From contig NC_052160.1 in assembly GCF_902713615.1 (NCBI RefSeq), forward strand, positions 41,419,440 through 41,483,439: 64,000 nt of DNA, in the 5' to 3' direction. This DNA comes from Scyliorhinus canicula. Taxonomy: Eukaryota. A program made the translations under genes and the position numbers. The notes beneath the pieces were generated by a model. The model was not told the origin of the DNA and did not search any database. It saw only the letters and a program-made list of their open reading frames with translations. Positions 13,400 through 24,100 of this stretch are shown piece after piece (position 1 is the stretch's first letter; each line of letters starts with the position of its first letter).

Positions 13400-13613
13400 G
13401 ACATAAAACGGTTCGTTTGTATAATATAGAAAAGGTGCTGAAAAGGGTCATTGACCAGGGGCTGTACCATGAGGTGTCACTTTGAGCAGCCAGAGCTGCC
13501 AATCTAATCCAGTCTCTCTCTCCAACAAGCCACGCACAGAGGCTCTGCTATCCCAGTTTCCAGAGGTCGCTTAATTATTCTGCAGCTGTGTCTCACGCCC
13601 GAAACAGGTATGT
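13400..13613 (+). promoter_or_regulatory. Putative SCNN1G promoter and non-coding first exon
   Basis: TATA-like TATAATATAGAAAAG at ~13420, consensus donor CAG|GTATGT at 13607/13608, and locally raised CpG. The coding exon starts with a splice acceptor 20 nt before the ATG, so an upstream exon is required. Location is inferred. Confidence 0.45.
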
Positions 13614-14179
13614 ATTTAACGCGCGAATTATCTTCAGTCAGAAAATAGCGTAAACTAATAATACTGAAGTGAACTTTCTCAATTAGTACAGATAAATGAG
13701 ACAATCTAAACAAAATCTCACTGGGGTGTTGGTGAAACTTTAAAACGATTAGTTAACCACTCTGTTGCACTGAAACTTTTTTTTCCCCCCTCGAACTTTT
13801 AAAACTGGGCTTGAATGGGATTGTTTGATATGAGAAAGGGCGTTTTCTGGTAAATTTGTTCCAATATGACTCCAGGAGCTGGTGCTTGGAGTTTCGTTGT
13901 TTTATTCTTTTAATTAGCGGCGCTGAAAAAGTTTAGAGAAAAAACACTTCAAATTGTTTAAACAGTGGGAAGGAGGAATAAATCCAAATCCTCTGGGATG
14001 TTGAAATTAATGAATATTTACTTCATGATTGACGGTTCCGCTAGCAGGTCCAACCCTGATCACTTCGAAAGAAGCAAACGCGCGAGAGGTTTTTATTTAG
14101 TCGAATGTTTTGCGAAAGGAGCGCAGCGTTTTTAACCCAGCTATTGGCTGGAACTCATTTCACAAACACCAACTGAGTG

Positions 14180-14770
14180 AGCAGGGTGAGGGAGGTGGAG
14201 GGATGGGGAAGGGAAGGGACACGAGGAAGAGGGGTTGGAATAGTGGTAGGGGCGGGAAAGGGGAGAAGAGTGACTGGAGGGAAGGAGGTAGGAGAGGGAA
14301 GGAGCGAAATGGGTTGGGAGGGTGGAGGATGGAGGAGGGAAGAAGAATGGGGGATGGGAAGAGGTAGTGGACAGACAGGGACGGGATGCAGTGGGGGGGG
14401 GGGGGGGGGGTGGGTGGAAAGAAAGTGGGGTGGGTGGAAAGGGAGGGGGAGAAGAAAGGGGAGGGACACTTGGGATGGGGAGGGAGCAGGGGGGGGGCAT
14501 GATGAGGGGTGTGGTGAGATGGGAGAGGATGGGGAGAAGAGAGCATGCTGAAGGGCCGGTGGTCATGGTGAGGTGAGGTGGGATGGGGAAGTGGAGAGGT
14601 TGGATGAGGAGGGGAAAAGAAAGGGGCTGGGGGAGGATCTGTGTGGCATTTTGAGGGAATGGCGTGTGGGAGGGGAGGTGATGGGCCAGGTGGGGAGGGT
14701 GAAGGGTGGGGGTACGGGCTGGGTGGCAAAGTGGCAAGGGGGACAAGTGAGGAGAGGAAGGGGAGGGATG
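14180..14770 (+). repeat. G/A-rich polypurine tract just upstream of SCNN1G coding exon 1
   Basis: About 590 nt dominated by G runs and A. Confidence 0.85.
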
Positions 14771-14823
14771 ACTATCACTTTACTGTGAAATCTTCTGTGC
14801 CAGGAGCCCACTGCAGAGATACC

Positions 14824-15143
14824 ATGGAATCAGGAACAAAGCGACTGAAGGAGAAGATCAAAGAGAAGCTGCCAGTGACTGGACCACAGGCAACGAGTGC
14901 CTGCGAGTTGGTGAAATGGTACTGCTACCACACCAACACCCATGGCTGCCGCAGAATTGTGGTATCGAGAGGCCGGCTACGCCGGGCTGCCTGGTAATCC
15001 TGACATTCAGCACGGTGGGCATCATCTTCTGGCAGTGCGCTCTCCTCATCATTTTCCTACTACACTGCCTCGGTCACCATCACTGTCCAATTTCAGGAAA
15101 TCACCTTTCCTGCCGTCACCATCTGCAACATAAACCCGTACAG
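14824..15143 (+). CDS. SCNN1G: SCNN1G coding exon 1 (N-terminus, HG motif, TM1); -1 frameshift at ~14993 (TAA 14995-14997) and +1 at ~15052-15055
   Basis: ACCATGG Kozak at 14821-14827, acceptor AG at 14802-14803. [23 protein letters not shown]...GRLRRAAW*, then [20 protein letters not shown] in the shifted frame, then [29 protein letters not shown] in the original frame. Donor GTCAGT at 15144. Confidence 0.93.
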
Positions 15144-18100
15144 GTCAGTGTCTGCGTCTCTTGAACTGTAGTCCCTCAATTCCCAACCCTCAGTCTCTCA
15201 CTAACCCTACGCTCCCTGTGAAGCCCACGGTATGTCCAAAAGAATGAACTATAGCACTTTTCACAACCTCAGGACATAGAGACACTGAATTAGCTCCGAA
15301 GTGTAATCGCGTGTTGCAATGTGGGAAAATGCAGCAGACAATTTGCAGTCAACAAGCTCCCAAAAACAATGAGGTAACAATCAGCGAATGTGCATCAGTG
15401 ATGTTGATTGCGAGATGAATACTGACCACGATATTGGGAGAACTCCACTGTTCTTCTCCAAAGTAGTGCCTTGGGATTTTTTACATCCCACTTAGATAGC
15501 AAAAGGGGGCCTTGGTTTAATATATTTTTTAATATGCTCTGCCTGGGGAGATAATGAGTGAGATATCAATCTATAGAACAAACTCCTTCGGGCGACGATG
15601 GGAATGGTTCGTGATGTTACATTCAAATGCAAATTAAATAAATATCTTGAGAAAACAATATTATGGAATACACTACATGAATAATTTTAAACCTGAAATG
15701 TGGAGAGTGCAGCTTTGGAGTAAAATGTGTTTTTGGACCTATGGATTTCACCAGTGTGGTTTTCCTTGCCCCTATCTGGGTTTGTTGAGGACTAATTGAT
15801 CGAGGTTAATTGTTATAATTAGTCAATAACTCCATATTTGTTGCATCATGTGGACCAAGGTGGTAGAAAGTGAACATTATGGACTTTGGATTTTAAGGTG
15901 CAACAATTTCTATTTAGCCCAGGTTTATTCATATCTGTTCACAGATACAATGCAACAAGACACCTCTTTGAGAAACTAGACCGGAGACTCTGATTGCCAT
16001 CAAGGAGCTGTACTGCTTCACAGATAGTCCCAATAACAGCCAGGTGAAAACTCTGCACAAGATCGCCACAAACAGCCAAAATGACATATTGTTCCAGAAC
16101 ATTCCGCTGCTGATTGAGCTGGTGGACCACAAGTATATCATTGTGACTGACCTCATCACCAAGAAACAGCATGAGATCAATGGGACAATGAAAACCAAGT
16201 TGTTTGAGAGCATCAATACACAGTCCCAAGCCAAAACAGTCGGCTTCAAGCTGGTAAGTTGCACCTCCAGCTTAAAATCAAGCTCATTGGGGCTCCACTA
16301 GAGTGCAAGGTAGAGGGGGAGGACACAAAGATGTATGAGATGTCAGAGAGTAAACTCTGGATAAGCTGTGTCCCAACTTGATGCCCTTGTTTCTGCGATT
16401 GATCAGTGAAGACATCCTGGGTGTTGAGCAGCCAAAGGATTAAATCAAGGGTCCAGGCTCTGAGCACAGTGAGTGGGCTCGCACTGACCGCAGTGAGTGG
16501 GCTGGCACTGACCGCAGTGAGTGGGCTGGCACTGACCACAGTGAGTGGGCTGGCACTGACCGCAGTGAGTGGGCTGGCACTGACCGCAGTGAGTGGGCTG
16601 GCACTGACCGCAGTGAGTGGGCTGGCACTGACCGCAGTGAGTGGGCTGGCACTGACCGCAGTGAGTGAGCTGGCATGACCGCAGTGAGTGAGCTGGCACT
16701 GATCGCAGTGAGTGGCTGGCACTGACCGCAGTGAGTGGGCTGGCACTGACCGCAGTGAGTGGGCTGGCACTGACCTCAGTGAGTGGGCTGGCACTGACCT
16801 CAGTGAGTGGGCTGGCACTGACCGCAGTGAGTGGGCTGGCACTGACCACAGTGAGTGGCTGGCACTGACCGCAGTGAGTGGCTGGCACTGACCTCAGTGA
16901 GTGGGCTGGCACTGACCGCAGTGAGTGGCTGGCACTGACCGCAGTGAGTGGGCTGGCACTGACCGCAGTGAGTGGGCTGGCACTGACCGCAGTGAGTGGG
17001 CTGGCACTGACCGCAGTGAGTGGGCTGGCTCTGAGCACAGTGAGTGGGCTGGCACTGACCGCAGTGAGTGGGCTGGCACTGACCGCAGTGAGTGGGCTGG
17101 CACTGACCGCAGTGAGTGGCTGGCACTGACCACAATGAGTGGGCTGGCACTGACCGCAGTGAGTGCTGGCACTGACCGCAGTGAGTGGCTGGCACTGACC
17201 GCAGTGAGTGGGCTGGCACTGACCGCAGTGAGTGGGCTGGCACTGACCGCAGTGAGTGGGCTGGCACTGACCGCAGTGAGTGGGCTGGCACTGACCGCAG
17301 TGAGTGGGCTGGCACTGACCGCAGTGAGTGGGCTGGCACTGACCGCAGTGAGTGGGCTGGCACTGACCGCAGTGAGTGGGCTGGCACTGACCGCAGTGAG
17401 TGGGCAGTGAGTGGCTGGCACTGACCGCAGTGAGTGAGCTGGCACTGACCGCAGTGAGTGGGCTGGCACTGACCGCAGTGAGTGGGCTGGCACTGACCAC
17501 AGTGAGTGGGCAGTGAGTGGGCTGGCACTGACCGCAGTGAGTGGGCTGGCACTGACCGCAGTGAGTGGGCTGGCACTGACCGCAGTGAGTGAGCTGGCAC
17601 TGACCGCAGTGAGTGGGCTGGCACTGACCGCAGTGAGTGGGCAGTGAGTGGGCTGGCACTGACCGCAGTGAGTGAGCTGGCACTGACCGCAGTGAGTGGG
17701 CTGGCTGACCGCAGTGAGTGGGCTGGCACTGACCACAGTGAGTGGCTGGCACTGACCGCAGTGAGTGGCTGGCTCTGACCGCAGTGAGTGGCTGGCACTG
17801 ACCACAGTGAGTGGCTGGCACTGACCGCAGTGAGTGAGCTGGCACTGACCGCAGTGAGTGGGCTGGCACTGACCGCAGTGAGTGGGCTGGCACTGACCGC
17901 AGTGAGTGGGCAGTGAGTGGGCTGGCACTGACCGCAGTGAGTGAGCTGGCACTGACCGCAGTGAGTGGGCTGGCACTGACCGCAGTGAGTGGGCTGGCAC
18001 TGACCACAGTGAGTGGGCTGGCACTGACCGCAGTGAGTGGGCTGGCACTGACCGCAGTGAGTGGGCTGGCACTGACCAGTGAGTGGGCTGGCACTGACCG

Positions 18101-21100
18101 CAGTGAGTGAGCTGGCACTGACCGCAGTGAGTGAGCTGGCACTGACCAGTGAGTGAGCTGGCACTGACCGCAGTGAGTGGGCTGGCACTGACCGCAGTGA
18201 GTGGGCAGTGAGTGGGCTGGCACTGACCGCAGTGAGTGGGCTGGCACTGACCGCAGTGAGTGGGCTGGCACTGACCTCAGTGAGTGGGCACTGACCGCAG
18301 TGAGTGGGCTGGCACTGACCGCAGTGAGTGGGCTGGCACTGACCGCAGTGAGTGGGCTGGCACTGACCGCAGTGAGTGAGCTGGCACTGACCGCAGTGAG
18401 TGGGCTGGCACTGACCGCAGTGAGTGGGCTGGCACTGACCGCAGTGAGTGGGCTGGCACTGACCGCAGAGTGGGCTGGCACTGACCTCAGTGAGTGGGCT
18501 GGCACTGACCACAGTGAGTGGGCTGGCACTGACCTCAGTGAGTGGGCAGTGAGTGGGCTGGCACTGACCGCAGTGAGTGGGCTGGCACTGACCGCAGTGA
18601 GTGGGGTGGCACTGACCACAGTGAGTGGGCTGGCACTGACCGCAGTGAGTGGGCAGTGAGTGGGCTGGCACTGACCGCAGTGAGTGGGCTGGCACTGACC
18701 GCAGTGAGTGGGCTGGCACTGACCGCAGTGAGTGGGCTGGCACTGACCGCAGTGAGTGGGCTGGCACTGACCGCAGTGAGTGGGCTGGCACTGACCGCAG
18801 TGAGTGGGCTGGCACTGACCGCAGTGAGTGGGCAGTGAGTGGGCTGGCACTGACCGCAGTGAGTGGGCTGGCACTGACCACAGTGAGTGGGCTGGCACTG
18901 ACCGCAGTGAGTGGGCTGGCACTGACCGCAGTGAGTGGGCTGGCACTGACCGCAGTGAGTGGGCAGTGAGTGGGCTGGCACTGACCGCAGTGAGTGGGCT
19001 GGCACTGACCGCAGTGAGTGGGCAGTGAGTGGGCTGGCACTGACCGCAGTGAGTGGGCTGGCACTGACCGCAGTGAGTGGGCTGGCACTGACTGCAGTGA
19101 GTGGGCGAGCACTGATCACAGGGACTGGTACTGACCGGAGCAGAGAGACTGGGACTGACCAGAGCAAGAGACTGGGACTGACCAGAGCAGAGACTGGGAC
19201 TGACCAGAGCAGAGACTGGGACTGACCAGAGCAGAGAGACTGGTTCTGACCGGAGCAGGGGGTCTGATACTGACCGGAGCAGGAGGTCTGGTACTGACCA
19301 GAGCAGAGAGACTGGAACAGACCGGAGCAGGGAGACTGGGACTGACCGGAGCAGAGAGACTGGTACTGACGAGAAGGGGGTCTGGTTCTGACCGGAGCAG
19401 GGAGACTGGTACTGACCGAGCAGAGAGACTGGTACTGACCGGAGCAGGGGGTCTGGGACTGACCGGAGCAGGGGGTCTGGTTCTGACCGGAGCAGGGGGT
19501 CTGGTTCTGACCTGAGCCGGAGGACTGGGACTGACCGGAGCAGAGACTGGGACTGACCGGAGCAGGAGGACTGGTACTGACCGGAGCAGAGAGACTGATT
19601 CTGACCAGCGTAGGGGGTCTGGTACTGACCGGAGCAGAGAGACTGATTCTGACCAGCGTAGGGGGTCTGGTTCTGACCGGCGTAGGGGGTCTGGTTCTGA
19701 CCGGGGCAGAGGACTGGTACTGACCGGAGCAGGGGGTCTGGTACTGACTGGAGCAGGGGGTCTGGTACTGACCGGAGCAGGGGGACTGGTACTGACCTGA
19801 GCAGAAGACTGATACTGACCGGAGCAGGGGGTCTGGTACTGACCAGAGCAGGGGGTCTGGTACTGACCGGAGCAGGGGGTCTGGTGCTGACCGGAGCAGA
19901 GAGACTGATACTGACCGGAGCAGAGAGACTGGGACTGACCGGAGCAGGGGCTGATACTGACCGGAGCAGAGGGACTGGGACTGACCGGAGCAGAGAGACT
20001 GGGACTGACCGGAGCAGAGAGACTGGGACTGACCGGAGCAGAGAGACTGGGACTGACCGGCGTAGGGGTCTGGTTCTGACCGGCGTAGGGGGTCTGGTTC
20101 TGACCGGAGCAGGAGGACTGGTACTGACCGGAGCAGGGGTCTGGTACTGACCGGAGCAGGGGGTCTGGTACTGACCGGAGCAGGGGTCTGGTACTGACCG
20201 GAGCAGGGTCTGGTACTGACCGGTGCAGGGGACTGGTACTGACCTGAGCAGAGAGACTGATTCTGACCGGAGCATGGGGACTGGTACTGACCGGAGCAGA
20301 GAGACTGATACTGACCGGAGCAGGGGGTCTGGTACTGACCGGAGCAGGGGGTCTGGTACTGACCGGAGCAGAGAGACTGATACTGACCGGAGCAGAGAGA
20401 CTGGGACTGACGGAGCAGAGAGACTGGGACTGACGGAGCAGAGAGACTGGGACTGACCGGCAGCAGAGAGGACTGGGACTGATCGGCGTAGGGGTCTGGT
20501 TTCTGACCGCGTAGGGGGTCTGGTTTCTGACGGAGCAGAAGGGACTGGTACTGACCAGAGCAGGGAGTTGGTACTGACCGGAGCAGGGGGACTGGTACTG
20601 ACCGGAGCAGAGAGACTGATTCTGACCGGAGCAGGGACTGGTAATGACCTGAGCAGAGAGACTGATACTGACCAGAGCAGGGTGTCTGGTACTGACCGGG
20701 CAGAGAGACTGGTACTGACCGGAGCAGGGGGGGGGTCTCGGTACTGACCGGAGCAGGGGGGGTCTGGTACTGACCGGAGCAGGGGGTCTGGTACTGACCG
20801 GACGAGAGACTGGTACTGACCGGAGCAGGGGTCTGGTACTGACCGGAGCAGAGAGACTGGTACTGACCGGAGCTGGGGTCTGGTACTGACCGGAGATGGG
20901 GACTGGTACTGACCGGAGCAGGGGGACTGGTACTGACCGGAGCAGGGGTCTGGTACTGACCGGAGCAGGGGGTCTGGTACTGACCGGAGCAGGGGACTGG
21001 TACTGACCGGGCAGGGGGTCATGTACTGACCGGAGCAGGGGGTCTGGTAGTGACCGGCGTAGGGGGTCTGGTACTGACCGGAGCAGGGGTCTGGTACTGA

Positions 21101-24100
21101 CCGGAGCAGGGGGACTGGTACTGACCGGAGCAGGGGGTCATGTACTGACCGGAGCAGGGGGTCATGTACTGACCAGAGCAGGGGTCTGGTACTGACCGGA
21201 GCAGAGGTCTGGTACTGACCGGAGCAGGGGGACTGGTACTGACCAGAGCAGGAGTCTGGTACTGACCGGAGCAGGGGGACTGGTACTGACCAGAGCAGGG
21301 GGTCTGTGTACTGACCGGAGCAGTACCAGAGCTGGATTAGCATAGTGGCTAAACATCTGGCTTGTAAAGCAGAACAAGGCCAGCAGCGCAGGTTCAATTC
21401 CCGTACCGGCCTCCCCGAACAGGCGCCGGAATGTGGCGACTAGGGGCTTTTCACAGTAACTTTATTTGAAGCCTACTTGTGACAATAAGTGATTTTCATT
21501 TTAATTTTCATTCATTTCAGAGAGACTGGTACTGATTGGAGTAAGTGGACTATTCTGGACTGGAGCTCGAGGATGGACTTTTATTGCTGCTGTGCTTTTT
21601 TATAATGAGTTTTCTCTTGTTGCCCTCTTTATGAAAACAGTGCGAAGAAAATGATGACGGAAATGCTGCCTGCACCATCTACACATTCAATTCAGGAATA
21701 ACCGCTATCGAGGAATGGTATCGGCTGCACTACCTCAATATCATGGCACAGGTGCCCCAGAAAGCCAAAGTTCAGATGAGTTACTCTGCTGATGACCTCA
21801 TATTAAGCTGTGTGGTTTGATGGACTCCATGTGATTCAAGGTTCTTTCATTGAGATTTATACAAATACATCTCATTAACATTCAACTGAATAGAGAAGTA
21901 CAGCACTGAGGGAGGCTGCACTGTCAGAGGGTCAGTACTGAGGGAGGCCTGCACTGTCAGAGGGTCAGTACTGGAGGGAGTGCTGCACTGTCAGAGGGTC
22001 AGTACTGAGGGAGTGCTGAACTGTCAGAGTGGCAGTACTGAGGGAATGCTGCACTGTCAGAGGGTCAGGACTGAGGGAGCACTGCATTGTCGGATTGTCA
22101 GTACTGAGGGAGTGGTGCACTGTCAGAGGGTCAGGACTGTGGGAGTACTGCACTGTCAGTGCCAGTACTAAGAGAGTGCGGAACTGTCGGATTGTCAGTA
22201 CTGAGGGAGTGCTGCACTGTCAGAGGGTCAGTACTGAGGGAGTGCTGCACTGTCAGAGGGTCAGTACTGAGGTAGTATGCATTGTCAGAGGGATATACTG
22301 AGGAGTGCTGCACTGTCAGAGGGTCAGTATGAGCGAGTACTGCATTGTCAGAGGGATAGTACTGAGGGAGTGCTGCACTGTCAGAGGGTCAGTACTGAGG
22401 GAGTGCTGCACTGTCAGAGGGTCAGTACTGAGGGAGTACTGCATTGTCAGAGGGATAGTACTGATGGGACATGCTGCACTGTCAGAGGGTCAGTACTGAG
22501 GGAGTGCTGCACTGTCAGAGGACAACACTGAGGGAGTGCTGCACTGTCAGAGGGTCAGTACTGAGGGCAGTGCTGCACTGTCAGAGGGTCAGTACTGAGG
22601 GAGTGACTGCACTGTCAGAGGGTCAGTACTGAGGGAGTGCTGCACTGTCAGAGGGTTCAGTACTGAGGGAGGTCTGCCATTGGTCAGAGGGTCAGTACTG
22701 AGGAGTGCTGCATGTCAGAGGGGTCAGTACTGAGGGAGTGTGCATTGTCAGAGGGTCAGTACTGAGGGAGTGCTGCATTGTCAGAGGGTCAGTACTGAGG
22801 AGTGCTGCATTGTCAGAGGGACAGTACTGAGGGAGTGCGGGCACTGTGAGATGGTCAGTACTGAGGGAGTGCTGCACTGTCAGAGGGTCAGTACTGAGGG
22901 AGTGCTGCATTGTCAGAGGCGTATCTACTGGAGGGTAGCTGCCTGCACTGTCAGAGGGTGAGTACTGAGGGAGTGCGGCAACTTGTCAGAGGGTGGAGTA
23001 CTGAGGGAGTGCGGCACTGTCAGAGGGTCAGTACTGAGGGAGTGCTGCACTGTCAGGGTCAGTACTGAGGGAATGCTGCACTGTCAGAGGGACTACTGAG
23101 GGAGTGCTGCGCTGTCAGAGGGTCAGCACTGAGGGAGTGCCGCACTGTTAGAGGGTCAGTACTGAGGGAGTGCTGAATTGTCAGAGGGTCAGTACTGAGG
23201 GAGTGCTGAATTGTCAGATGGGTCCAGTACTGAGGGAGTGGTGGCACTGTCAGAGGGTCAGTACTGAGGGAGTGCCGCCACTGTTAGAGGGTCAGTACTG
23301 AGGGAGTGCCGCACTGTTAGAGGGTCAGTACTGAGGGAGTGCTGAATTGTCAGAGGGTCAGTTACTGAGGGAGTGCTGCACTGTCAGAGGGTCAGTACTG
23401 AGGGAGTGCCGCACTGTTAGAGGGTCCAGTACTGAGGGAGTGCTGCACTGTCAGGAGGGTCAGTACTGGAGGGAGTGCTTGCACTGTCAGGAGGGTCAGT
23501 ACTGAGGGAGTGCTGCACTGTCAGGAGGGTCATTACTGAGGGAGAGCTTGCACTGTCAGAGGGTCAGTACTGAGGGAGTACTGCACTGTCAAGGGGTCAG
23601 TACTGAGTGAGTGCTGCACTGTCAGAGGGTCAGTACTGAGGGAGTGCTGAATTGTCAGAGGGACAGTACTGAGGGAGAGCGGCACTGTCAGAGGGTCAGT
23701 TAATTGAGGGAGTGCTGCCACTGTCAGAGGGTCAGTACTGAGTGAAGTGCTGCATTGTTCAGAGGGTCAGTACTGAGGAAGTGCTGCATTGTCAGAGGGA
23801 CAGTACTGAGGGAGTGCTGAATTGTCAGAGGGACAGTACTGAGGGAGAGCGGCACTGTCAGAGGGACTACTTGAGGGAGTGCTGCACTGTCAGAGGGTCA
23901 GTACTGAGGGAGTGCTGCACTGTCAGAGGGTCAGTACTGGGGGAGTGCCGCACTGTCAGAAGGTCAGTACTGAGGGATGCTGCCCTGTCAGAGGGACAGT
24001 ACTGAGGGAGTGCTGCACTGTCAGAGGGTCAGTACTGAGGGAGTGCTGCATTGTCAGAGGGTCAGTACTGAGGGAGTGCTGCATTGTCAGAGGGTCAGTA

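Noticed and set aside
16445-21397. 1650-aa minus-strand ORF and overlapping long ORFs
   Set aside because: Translation of 24-bp tandem arrays that lack stops; low complexity, open in several frames, intronic.
14993-21826. Programmed frameshifting or insertion/deletion RNA editing rescuing SCNN1G (compensating indel pairs in exons 1 and 3)
   Set aside because: About nine independent events would be needed, there are no slippery heptamer/stimulator signals, and I know no precedent in vertebrate nuclear genes. Sequence error or decay is simpler.
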